From an uncultured Pelolinea sp. (GTDB lineage: Bacteria > Chloroflexota > Anaerolineae > Anaerolineales > Anaerolineaceae): a DNA stretch of 64,000 nucleotides. The stretch is from contig CAZTCV010000001.1 in assembly GCA_964612815.1 (NCBI GenBank), positions 392,885-456,884 of the forward strand, in the 5' to 3' direction. Numbering within the stretch: the first letter of the stretch is position 1; every line of letters starts with the position of its first letter. The position numbers and the translations under genes are program-made. Of this stretch, positions 8,313 through 16,760 are shown one piece after another. The notes beneath the pieces were generated by a model, which was not told the origin of the DNA, ran no database searches, and saw only the letters and a program-made list of their open reading frames with translations.

Positions 8313-11171
8313 ATGGCTGCTGATTATTCAATCCAGGTATTAGGCGGGCTTTCAATCATTGACAGCAGCGGTGAGCTGATCGAACTTTCATCACGCAAGG
8401 CGGAAGCGATCATTGTCTATTTGCTATACTCAGACAAGCCATCGGTAGAACGCGAAGAGCTGGCGACCCTATTCTGGGCGGATATGCCGGAATCCAACGC
8501 GCTGACGAACCTGCGGGTAACACTGGCAGGCATCAAAAAGCAATGCGGGGATGTATTGATGGTGACGCGGCGGCGGATATCAATCCACCCGGATATTGTG
8601 ATCACAAGTGACCGGAAAGCACTGGAAGAGCGGATGGATGCCGCGCTGGCAGACGGGCAGGATAAGAAAGAAATGCCACTGGACCAAGCGCAGGCATTAT
8701 CCAGAAAGATGGAATTGTATCGCGGAGATTTTCTGCAAGGATTTTTCATCCGTAATGCCATCGCTTTTGAGGATTGGGCTGCTTATGAAAGGGAATCACT
8801 GCGAAGGCGGATCATTGACGTTAGCCAGATGCTGATCCATACCTATAAGAAGAACCGCATGCTGCGCGAGGGAATTGAAGCGGCAAACCAGCTGCTGTAT
8901 ATCGACTCTTTCAATGACGCTGCATACCAGTGGCTGATCGAGCTATACGCCCTGAATGGAGAACGGGACAAGGCGCTGGAGAAATATACGGATTATTGTC
9001 AATTCCTGGACGAGGAAATTGGCGTTGAACCCACGGAGGAGGTGGCGGCGCTGGCAGAAGCGATACGCGACGGGAGCCTGGCGCCAGAAACGCCAACGGT
9101 CATCAGCGTGGAAAAAAGCGCGCTGCCGGTGCCGAATAATATCCCAATGGAATTATCTCCTTTCTTTGGGCGGCGGGCAGAGCTGGCGCAGCTGCGGGAT
9201 TATTTACATAACCCGCACCTGCGGCTGGTGACGATGATTGGGCAAGGCGGCACGGGAAAAACGCGGCTGGCGATTGAAGCAGCACGGCAAAACCTGCGGC
9301 TATTTCCGGATGGCGTGTGGTTTGTGAAACTTGAAGGGGTGGTCTCGGCGGACCTGGTGCTGCCGGAGATCTATAAGGTGCTTGGGATCACCTATCCGCA
9401 GCGCGAGAAAGCGCAGGATGGGCTGGTTGAATATATGAACGGGCACCATATTCTGATGGTGCTGGATAATTTTGAGCAACTGCTGGATGCGAGCGCGATC
9501 ATCGCAGATGTGATCCAGCGCACAGAGAACTCCAAAGTGATCGTTACCTCGCGCGAGATGACGGGACTGCCAGAAGAGACGAACATGTACCTGGATGGTC
9601 TGGATGGGGGGCGTGAAACGATCCAAAAAGAAAAGCGCAGCGCGGAAAACCTTTCTGACGCAGGAAGGATGTTTGTGGAACGGGCAAAGCGGATCTTGCC
9701 GGAGTTCCAACCCAAGGAGAAAGATGTGACGCTGATCGAAGCGATCTGCGACCTGGTGGCTCGGCTGCCGCTAGGGATCGAGCTGGCAGCGGGGGGAATC
9801 AAGAATAAATCCCTGCAGGCCCTGCATGACCACATCGCGCAGGACATTATGACACTTGAGAGTGACCAACCCGAACTGCCAGAACGGCAGCGCAGCCTGA
9901 TGTCGGTGTTTAACACCTTCTGGGCGCAGCTGGCAGAGGACGAGCAGATGATGATCTGCCGCCTATCGGCATTTTGCGGGGTGGTGACACAGGACGCAGC
10001 CAGACAGGTGGCGGGCGTATCAGTGTTCTTCCTGAGCAGCCTGGTATCGCGCGGGTTCCTGAAGCGGGTGGGATCGTATGGCTACCGGGCACACTCAATG
10101 CACCGCCAGTATGTCCGCAAGCAATTGAAAGAGAATCCGAAAGAGTATCAAGAGGTCTCAAGCAAACACCGCGATTATTATTTTGATATGTTGCAGCGGA
10201 TCGTGCGTTCACTGCGCGACAGTCCGCAGAAGGGGATGCTGGATGAGCTGGAAGAAGAATTGTGCAATCTGCGATTGGCATTACATTTCACGATCGAGAG
10301 CGGTGAGAAACAGAAAGCGCTGACATTGTGTGAATTGCTGATGCCATTTTGGAAGATACGCGGATATTACCAGGAAGGGTATCACTGGCTGGACCTGGTG
10401 TTCGCGATGGAGGGAGAGGCAAACCCGGTGATGGAATCTTCTGCATTATGCGCTGCAGCAAAGCTGGTGAGCGTATTGGGCGACCACGCGACGGCCGAAG
10501 CATACAGCCGGAAGAGCTTGCAGATCGCCACTGAGACTGGCGACCAGCACGGCATCGCGCGGGCGCTGAATTCGCTGGGAGCCGCGCTGGCAGAAAAGGG
10601 AGAACCAAAGCAAGCAGAAGAGATCTATGGTGAAAGCCTGGAAATTTACCGCAACCTGCGGGTGCAGCAGGCGATCGCCGGGACGCTGGTGAACCTGGCA
10701 CATATGGAAATTAAAAGCGGGAAAACCAATAATGCGAGCGCGATGCTGGATGAAGCAATGCAATCATTTAAGTTGGTTGGTGATTCTGTGGGGGTGACGC
10801 ATGTGCTGCTGGTGGCAGCGCGAATCGCATTAATGCAGGATGACCACGAAAAAGCAATGGTGACGCTGCGGGAAGCGCTGGAGAAGGCATGGAATCTATC
10901 GGCGCGTGAAGAATTGATGCGCGCGTATGTTCTGCTGGCACAGGCGTATGCCCAGAAGGGGTCATGGCCTGAGAGCACACAGCTGCTGGCGGTGGTACGG
11001 CTGGCGGTCAGGCGGCATAAATTGCCGCTGCCGGCGAGTGAGGAGCGGATCGAAAAAGCGACTGAAGAACAGGTGAAAAAAGCGATGGGAGAGAAGGCGT
11101 TCCTGGCTGCCTGGCGGAGCGGTGAACTGGCGGGGGAAGCGGGGATTGTCAATCAAATTTTACAAAAATGA
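8313..11171 (+). CDS. SARP/BTAD-family transcriptional regulator with NB-ARC-type ATPase and TPR repeats (AfsR-like)
   Basis: Winged-helix plus BTAD N-terminus (LYRGDFLQGF), Walker A GQGGTGKTRLA, and C-terminal TPR-like repeats (ALNSLGAALAEKGEPKQAEEIY…). 952 aa. Confidence 0.85.
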   Translation: MAADYSIQVLGGLSIIDSSGELIELSSRKAEAIIVYLLYSDKPSVEREELATLFWADMPESNALTNLRVTLAGIKKQCGDVLMVTRRRISIHPDIVITSDRKALEERMDAALADGQDKKEMPLDQAQALSRKMELYRGDFLQGFFIRNAIAFEDWAAYERESLRRRIIDVSQMLIHTYKKNRMLREGIEAANQLLYIDSFNDAAYQWLIELYALNGERDKALEKYTDYCQFLDEEIGVEPTEEVAALAEAIRDGSLAPETPTVISVEKSALPVPNNIPMELSPFFGRRAELAQLRDYLHNPHLRLVTMIGQGGTGKTRLAIEAARQNLRLFPDGVWFVKLEGVVSADLVLPEIYKVLGITYPQREKAQDGLVEYMNGHHILMVLDNFEQLLDASAIIADVIQRTENSKVIVTSREMTGLPEETNMYLDGLDGGRETIQKEKRSAENLSDAGRMFVERAKRILPEFQPKEKDVTLIEAICDLVARLPLGIELAAGGIKNKSLQALHDHIAQDIMTLESDQPELPERQRSLMSVFNTFWAQLAEDEQMMICRLSAFCGVVTQDAARQVAGVSVFFLSSLVSRGFLKRVGSYGYRAHSMHRQYVRKQLKENPKEYQEVSSKHRDYYFDMLQRIVRSLRDSPQKGMLDELEEELCNLRLALHFTIESGEKQKALTLCELLMPFWKIRGYYQEGYHWLDLVFAMEGEANPVMESSALCAAAKLVSVLGDHATAEAYSRKSLQIATETGDQHGIARALNSLGAALAEKGEPKQAEEIYGESLEIYRNLRVQQAIAGTLVNLAHMEIKSGKTNNASAMLDEAMQSFKLVGDSVGVTHVLLVAARIALMQDDHEKAMVTLREALEKAWNLSAREELMRAYVLLAQAYAQKGSWPESTQLLAVVRLAVRRHKLPLPASEERIEKATEEQVKKAMGEKAFLAAWRSGELAGEAGIVNQILQK

Positions 11172-11305
11172 ATTTATTTTTAAGAACCTCACAGCGCGGT
11201 TGTGATATCCAGCGGTGTTTATTCATTTACGTTATATATAAAGCTCTAATAAAAATCAGAGTGATGAAAAGGTACCATCATTAGCAACAATATCAATAAA
11301 ATAAG

Positions 11306-11758
11306 ATGAATGCTAAACAAAAGACAAGAACATGGATCGTGATCGCTTCTGCGGTTACGATCGTCATAGCTGGCGTGGTATATCTGGCATTGACGACAGA
11401 CCCGAACGCGATATCGCCTGTGAATGACGGATATGACCAATACCGCGATTCACTGGCAAACGCGAAGGGAGCGTTTGACCTGGGAGAAGCGTTATTCCTG
11501 GATGTTCGCACGAGCGAGGAATATGCAGACGCGCATATCAGCGGTGCGGTATCGATTCCGCTGGGGGAGCTCGCTGAAAACGCGCCGAACGTGGATAAGG
11601 GCGCGCTGATCTACACATACTGCACCTGACCAAGCGAAGCCACAAGCGCCCGTGCGGCGGAAATATTGAGTTCGATGGGATATACGAATGTGTACGCGAT
11701 CGTGGGCGGTTTTCGCGCCTGGATTGATGCGGGATATCCGGTGGTAAGCGGGAATTAG
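11306..11758 (+). CDS. membrane-anchored rhodanese-domain protein interrupted by an in-frame TGA (11627-11629) at the catalytic-Cys position; candidate selenoprotein or disrupted gene
   Basis: The 107 aa ORF ends …LIYTYCT-TGA. The same frame continues PSEATSARAAEILSSMGYTNVYAIVGGFRAWIDAGYPVVSGN-TAG, which is the missing C-terminal half of a rhodanese domain. A strong terminator follows 11758, not 11629. Confidence 0.7.
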
Positions 11759-11781
11759 GCGAAAACCAAGAATAGATGGTC

Positions 11782-11816
11782 AATAGAACGGCCTAATGAC
11801 CGTTCTATTTTATTTT
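11782..11816 (+). terminator. intrinsic terminator after the full-length rhodanese reading frame
   Basis: AATAGAACGG-cctaatga-CCGTTCTATT followed by TTATTTT. Confidence 0.75.
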
Positions 11817-11893
11817 AAGGACAGATAAAGGGGAGTTTTTCAGGAGTTGTTTTTAATACTCAGCCGCTGTATGATTAAAATAAAGAGAACGAT

Positions 11894-12367
11894 ATGCGTA
11901 AAAATACCCTGATTATTTTAATCGTTTCTATGGTAATAAGTGGATGCGCCGGGTTTTTGCCAGTGATGGCGACTGAAACTGCGCTGATCCCGGAGCCTGA
12001 AATACCCGCAAGAGCGACGATGATTGAAGCAGCGACCGCAATCGCGGCACAAGCGCCGGAAGGTTGGCTGACGTATGACAACGATGCATACGGTTTTTAT
12101 TTTCACTATCCGCCACAATATGAAGTGTTGACTGATGAGACCAACCTGTATGGTTGGGAAAACGGGATCGTACTGCTTTATAACGGCGGGCAGTCGTATG
12201 ACATTGCGGTGCAGGTGTGGGAATCAGCAGAGGAGATGGGCGCGTTCTATGGCGGGGAGGATGAGCGCTTACATGTCTATCCGGTCGGGGTGCAGATCAT
12301 TTCTGTAATGAACATCACCAACGAAGCGGAAAGTGATGCGATCATTGAGAGCTTTACGATCTATTAA
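11894..12367 (+). CDS. hypothetical lipoprotein
   Basis: Signal peptide with lipobox (VSMVISGC). No recognisable catalytic motif. Confidence 0.55.
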   Translation: MRKNTLIILIVSMVISGCAGFLPVMATETALIPEPEIPARATMIEAATAIAAQAPEGWLTYDNDAYGFYFHYPPQYEVLTDETNLYGWENGIVLLYNGGQSYDIAVQVWESAEEMGAFYGGEDERLHVYPVGVQIISVMNITNEAESDAIIESFTIY

Positions 12368-12524
12368 TCCTTTCTTTCCACGCAAGTGATGACAGCGATG
12401 TGATTGCTGTAATGCCGCAATCGATTTTCGTGAACGCATCCCATCCAAAAAAGAAAAAATAAAGTAAGATATAGACGGTCGCCCTGGACGGCGATTAATT
12501 TCAATTTTTTCAAAAGGAGACGGC

Positions 12525-13286
12525 ATGAATAAAGAAGCAGTACACCGCATGCATCACATCGATCTGTTGCCCGGTGAAATAGCACCAACCGTGCTGGTCC
12601 CGGGAGATCCGGGGCGGGTTGAGCTGTTCGCGGAGATGATGGATGATGCCAAAAAGATCGCGCACAAACGCGAATACCTGACATATAGCGGCACAAAGGA
12701 CGGGGTGGAGATCAGCTGCACCAGTTCCGGCATTGGCCCATCGCCGACGGCGATCGGTGTCGAAGAAATGATCCGCGCAGGGGCAAAAAACATTATCCGC
12801 ATGGGAACATGCGGTGCATTACAACCGAATATGAAAGCGGGCGATATGATCATCGCCACCGCGGCAGTACGGGGCGAACGCTGCACTGAAGAATTTATCT
12901 CGATCGATTATCCGGCCATCGCGGATTACCGCATTGTGCGGGCAGCGATTGACGCCTGTGAACGGCTGGGGATGACCTATCACCTGGGCATCATCCGCAC
13001 GCATGACGCGTTCTACCTGGAATCACCATGGGCATTTGGCGACTACAAAGCGCGATTGCAGAAGTGGATCGATCTGGGTGTACTGGCTGTTGAAAATGAA
13101 TCATCGACAATGTTTGTGATCGCCAGCATGCAGGGTGTGAGAGCGGGAACGATTTTGCTGAGCGGCGATCCGATCTTTGGAGAGGGTGAAGACGACCCGA
13201 AACTGGAAGAGCACAAACGCGACCTGGTGCGGGTTGGCATCGAGACGGCGAAGATCCTGCACGAGATGGGATTGGACAAGGAGTAA
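12525..13286 (+). CDS. nucleoside phosphorylase, PNP/UDP family 1 (uridine/purine nucleoside phosphorylase-like)
   Basis: HHIDLLPGEIAPTVLVPGDPGRV…SSGIGPSPTAIGVEEMIRAGAKNIIRMGTCGAL is the typical PNP_UDP_1 core. AAGGAG RBS. Confidence 0.85.
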   Translation: MNKEAVHRMHHIDLLPGEIAPTVLVPGDPGRVELFAEMMDDAKKIAHKREYLTYSGTKDGVEISCTSSGIGPSPTAIGVEEMIRAGAKNIIRMGTCGALQPNMKAGDMIIATAAVRGERCTEEFISIDYPAIADYRIVRAAIDACERLGMTYHLGIIRTHDAFYLESPWAFGDYKARLQKWIDLGVLAVENESSTMFVIASMQGVRAGTILLSGDPIFGEGEDDPKLEEHKRDLVRVGIETAKILHEMGLDKE

Positions 13287-13290
13287 GGAG

Positions 13291-14046
13291 ATGGCAATGG
13301 AAAAACAACATCATATACAACTGGTGCCGGGAGATATCGGCGAGACGGTTTTCCTGCCAGGCGACGTGAGCAGGGCGGAGGTGATCGCCAAGCATTTTGA
13401 CGACTATGAACTGGTTGCCAGCAACCGGCAATACAACACATTTACCGGCACTTATAAGGGTGTGAAAGTCAGCACGACCTCAACCGGTGTCGGCGGCGCG
13501 GCAGCAGCGATCGCGATGGAAGAATTGATCAAAGTGGGCGCGAAGAACCTGATCCGCATTGGCACGGGCGGGATGATGCAGACCTGGCTGCCAAGGCCAT
13601 CAGTGCTGATCATCACCGGCGCAGTGCGCGGTGACGGCACAACACGGGAATATTTCCCACCCGAGTTTCCCGCAGTCGCTGATTTTTATGTGGTTGAAAA
13701 TATGCTGAAATCCGCTGAAGAGCTGGGGATCGAAGTGAACGCCGGGTATGAATGGTCGCATGACGCATTTTATGCCGGATCGGTGTTCTCCAAGCTGGAT
13801 ATCCTTGAGATCGAAAAGCCGTGGATCGATGCGGGTGTGCTGATCGCCTCACAGGAAGCATCGACGATTTTCACGATCGCCACAGCACGCAAGGTGCGGG
13901 GCGGGGTGATCCTGTGTTCTGCTGGATGCCACCAATATCCGGACAAGATGGCGAGCGAAGAAGAGATGGTGACAGCGATCTCGAACGCAACCAAGATAGG
14001 GTTGGAGACCGCGCGCAAACTGCACGCGATGGACCACGAAAAATAG
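13291..14046 (+). CDS. nucleoside phosphorylase, PNP/UDP family 1 (paralog of the upstream gene)
   Basis: Same fold motifs (HHIQLVPGDIGETVFLPGDVSRA…STGVGGAAAAIAMEELIKVGAKNLIRIGTGG). Start moved to ATG 13291 behind AAGGAG; the listed 13177 start overlaps the upstream gene. Confidence 0.85.
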   Translation: MAMEKQHHIQLVPGDIGETVFLPGDVSRAEVIAKHFDDYELVASNRQYNTFTGTYKGVKVSTTSTGVGGAAAAIAMEELIKVGAKNLIRIGTGGMMQTWLPRPSVLIITGAVRGDGTTREYFPPEFPAVADFYVVENMLKSAEELGIEVNAGYEWSHDAFYAGSVFSKLDILEIEKPWIDAGVLIASQEASTIFTIATARKVRGGVILCSAGCHQYPDKMASEEEMVTAISNATKIGLETARKLHAMDHEK

Positions 14047-14066
14047 ATTAGATCCGCACTGGAAAC

Positions 14067-14104
14067 AAGCACTGATGGCTGTGTTTGCCGTCAGCGCTTG
14101 TTTT
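14067..14104 (+). terminator. intrinsic terminator after the phosphorylase pair
   Basis: AAGCACTGATGGC-tgtgtt-GCCGTCAGCGCTT (13 bp stem with G-U pairs) followed by GTTTT. Confidence 0.7.
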
Positions 14105-14170
14105 GGTTAAATCTGACAATACAGTGGTTTTTTTACATGGATTCAAGTTATATAAATCAATGAATTGTTG

Positions 14171-14554
14171 TTATCTTTTCTTCCGGTTTCTTGTTTGATG
14201 ATTTGCATCAAGAGCAAGTATATAACAACGCCTAGTAGAATTATCAAGCCCAAATAATAGCCTATATGGAATATTTCCATAATCAACTCGGTAAACTTTG
14301 CTTTCTACCCATCCAAGTTTTTGACAAAGTTCTTTATCACTTTTATTCCCATTAGGATCAATTTGTTGTATTCCACCTTTTGCCTGAATGGCTTTATTCA
14401 ATTCACGAATATTTGGAGATTCAATAATTTCATATAAAAATTTCTTTAATTTACTAACAAAAGCTTTATTACCGTAAAAGGCATTTGGGTCAAATTCTTT
14501 ATCTTTATGTTTTGAAAAGCAAGGAAGATACCCTTTCGTTTCCTTACCACTCAT
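14171..14554 (-). CDS. RelE/ParE-superfamily-like toxin (putative)
   Basis: C-terminal …VYRVDYGNIPYRLLFGLDNSTRRCYILALDANHQT fits the RelE/HigB/Gp49-type pattern (YRxxF…x-ILxxxxH). The ATG at 14552-14554 overlaps the upstream stop by 11 nt; the listed ORF starts at TTG 14590. Confidence 0.5.
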   Translation of the reverse strand: MSGKETKGYLPCFSKHKDKEFDPNAFYGNKAFVSKLKKFLYEIIESPNIRELNKAIQAKGGIQQIDPNGNKSDKELCQKLGWVESKVYRVDYGNIPYRLLFGLDNSTRRCYILALDANHQTRNRKKR

Positions 14555-15020
14555 CGTGTAATTTAACAGATCCAAGATTAGAAGGGTCAATTACTGTATT
14601 TGGGCGGTTGATGTATGCTTCATGCCAAGGCCCATTGGGATCATGTGTCTTTTCAACAAGGTATGAAGCAGAATATTTTGAATATTTTTCCCATATTTCA
14701 TCAAGAAATTTCTGAATTTTATCTGTAATGCCGCTATAGTCAATTTCAACATCAAAAGATGAGATTGTATAAGCACCACAACCTCTTAACCATTGATAAA
14801 CATTATAAACAACCGGGCCTAATTCCCACGCTTCAATTGAATCAATGAATAAAGGCTCATTGTTTTTCTTATAGAATTCAGCTTGGGCAAAATACAACAT
14901 CTTCTGAATTTTTAAATTTGTTAGGTCATTTTCAGATTCAGAATCCGATTTCTTGATAAAGTAAGAAGCTATTTGTTTTGCTTGATAAGATTTCATAAGA
15001 CCTCCAAGATGATTACACAT
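14544..15020 (-). CDS. Panacea (DUF4065, SocA/GepA-like) domain protein, putative antitoxin
   Basis: KIQKMLYFAQAEFYKKNNEPLFIDSIEAWELGPVVYNVY matches the DUF4065 core (KLQKLLYxAQ…AWxxGPV). Confidence 0.7.
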   Translation of the reverse strand: MCNHLGGLMKSYQAKQIASYFIKKSDSESENDLTNLKIQKMLYFAQAEFYKKNNEPLFIDSIEAWELGPVVYNVYQWLRGCGAYTISSFDVEIDYSGITDKIQKFLDEIWEKYSKYSASYLVEKTHDPNGPWHEAYINRPNTVIDPSNLGSVKLHDEW

Positions 15021-15073
15021 CTCAAGCGTTTATTATAACAACTGTCAATGCAATTATCAAGTTATTTATAGTA

Positions 15074-15973
15074 TTAATGTTCTATCAGAATGTTTTCATC
15101 ATCATAGAATTCAAAAGATCGTTGTTTGCTTTCCATCCGATTAAAATTGTCTTTGAACCTTCTTCTACTAGGGCTAATTTGTAGTAATGCTGTTATTTTG
15201 CCTATTCGATTTCTCAGTATCTGAATCCCCTTTTCCTCATTTAGAAATTGATGTAGCCTCATCTTTCTTGCCCCTTTTTCATCCGCAGGATTTAATTCGT
15301 TTAATTTTTCTAATACAAATCCATCTTCAATTGGTTTATAAATATACTGGTTTATAAACCTCCCGTAATATTTTGGCCGTTTTTGTGGTGTAGTTGTTGG
15401 GTTGTTGTAAATTCGATCTAATTCCTCAAAAAACTCGTCTGGGAATTCTTTCATCCATTGTCTTGCTTCTTCAATGATATAACTCTGAACCAATAAGCGG
15501 AGCGCATCTTTTTTACGATATTTTTGATAGCCTGTTGCCTCGTCAATAACTGCGATCACACCTGTTTTAGCAAAGGCATTGACGATTATTTGCGCTTTTT
15601 TGGCAAGAGGTAATTGTGATTTTAGAAGAACATCTCCGGCATTATTTGCTTCTATATACATATTACATATATCAATAAGATCTTCTGCCTCGAATCCGTG
15701 TGCTTCTCTGGCATTGTACTGAAATTTGATAATACCTTGGTCCCATATTTCGCCTTTATACTTTTCTGGTACGAAAGGCTGAAGGTTTGGGGCACTTAAA
15801 TATCGTTCTAAACCACCTTTTTTGTTGCCCGTTAATGCACCGACCACTTCTCTTTGAAAAAATACCCGCCTTTCATCACTTAGAACCGCACATTTAATTG
15901 TGATTTCCCCAATTTTTATTTCTCCAACATATTTTGCTTCAAGGCCACTCCGTGATACAGATATATTTTTCAC
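15074..15973 (-). CDS. P63C domain-containing phage-derived protein
   Basis: IGEITIKCAVLSDERRVFFQREV…, GVIAVIDEATGYQKYRKKDAL and FPDEFFEEL are hallmark P63C (phage Mx8 p63 C-terminal) motifs. Confidence 0.7.
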   Translation of the reverse strand: MKNISVSRSGLEAKYVGEIKIGEITIKCAVLSDERRVFFQREVVGALTGNKKGGLERYLSAPNLQPFVPEKYKGEIWDQGIIKFQYNAREAHGFEAEDLIDICNMYIEANNAGDVLLKSQLPLAKKAQIIVNAFAKTGVIAVIDEATGYQKYRKKDALRLLVQSYIIEEARQWMKEFPDEFFEELDRIYNNPTTTPQKRPKYYGRFINQYIYKPIEDGFVLEKLNELNPADEKGARKMRLHQFLNEEKGIQILRNRIGKITALLQISPSRRRFKDNFNRMESKQRSFEFYDDENILIEH

Positions 15974-16203
15974 AATTAACTCCTAATCCAATACTAATTA
16001 CTAATCCAAATACTTTTTTTATCACCCCAATAGATATATTAATAAAAAACCTCAATTTTGTATAAATTACCAATTTGATGTGCGATCACCTCAATTTTCT
16101 CTTATCGTCCCACTCTATTGAATTGTTTCAAGATTGGTTTGCTTATCATCTCCAGCTATGTCTTGAATACCTCAAGTTTTCTTCATTTTGAGGATTGTTG
16201 TTT

Positions 16204-16596
16204 TTATACCAACGTAGTTTCATCAGATTCAACATTGCTAAATTCGTGGATAGCTTGTCTAATCTGTGTTGAAATTCTCAATGCAGTATCTTTTGTTACT
16301 TGGATTTCTTTACCAAGTTGGCGGGCAGAAATTCCCTTTTCAGCCTTTAGAATAATCGAGATGGCTAAAAACCACTTTTGTAGAGGAATTTTCGTGCCAT
16401 GAAAGATTGTGCCAACCGTTACTCTAAAGGAAGTGTTACAGGTATTGCAATGATAGCGATTCTCTTTCTGCATTAAGGTGCAACTTTTAGAATAGCAATA
16501 AGGACAAATAGGTTTGTTTCCCCACTTTACTGCTTCGAGGTGATTTAAGCAATCTTTTTGTGTCGGGTATTTCTCAAAGACTTCATTGATATTCAT
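16204..16596 (-). pseudogene. IS1595-family transposase N-terminal fragment (Zn-ribbon plus HTH only; DDE domain missing)
   Basis: CPYCYS…YHCNTCNTSFRVTVGTIFHGTKIPLQKWFLAISI is the IS1595 Zn-ribbon/HTH. The ORF stops at …VESDETTLV, exactly where the DDE domain (VExDETYIGG) normally begins. Only 230 nt of AT-rich DNA follow. Confidence 0.7.
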
Positions 16597-16617
16597 TTAG
16601 CACTTTCATGATCTACG

Positions 16618-16643
16618 ATTAAAGTATATCACGATACTTTAAT
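16618..16643. promoter_or_regulatory. perfect 10-bp inverted repeat just upstream of the IS1595-fragment gene (possible operator or IS end remnant)
   Basis: ATTAAAGTAT-atcacg-ATACTTTAAT, 22 nt upstream of the start codon at 16596. Confidence 0.35.
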
Positions 16644-16695
16644 ATTTGCGACTACCAATAACTATGACAAAACTCTTTCTATATCTTTTCTGTGT

Positions 16696-16725
16696 TTGGG
16701 AAAATATCTCGGAATACCGTATAAT
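16696..16725 (+). promoter_or_regulatory. candidate sigma-70-type promoter for the EamA transporter gene
   Basis: TTGGGA, 18 nt spacer, TATAAT, about 35 nt upstream of the TTG start. Confidence 0.35.
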
Positions 16726-16760
16726 GCGTGACGATAAAACGCTAAAGGAGAATTCATTCA

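Larger units (their letters stand above)
14101..16745. mobile_element. AT-rich genomic islet with four minus-strand genes of phage/IS/TA origin
   Basis: Composition shifts abruptly to AT-rich sequence between two GC-richer housekeeping genes. Contents are a Panacea-domain protein, a RelE-like protein, a P63C protein and an IS1595 fragment. No integrase or flanking direct repeats were recognised. Confidence 0.6.

Noticed and set aside
11306-11629. Treating the 107 aa ORF as a complete small membrane protein and 11630-11758 as non-coding.
   Set aside because: The rhodanese fold would be cut in the middle of its active-site loop. The downstream in-frame sequence supplies the conserved C-terminal half, and the terminator follows 11758. 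The gene is therefore reported as one interrupted or recoded CDS.
13177-13290. Listed start of the second phosphorylase at 13177, which adds a 38 aa N-terminal extension.
   Set aside because: The extension overlaps the 3' end of the upstream paralog and is Arg/Trp-rich. ATG 13291 has an AAGGAG RBS and aligns with the N-terminus of the paralog.
14101-16745. Interpretation of the AT-rich islet as an intact prophage or integrative element.
   Set aside because: It is too small and carries no integrase/recombinase, structural genes, flanking direct repeats or tRNA target. It is better described as a decayed insertion or defence/TA islet.
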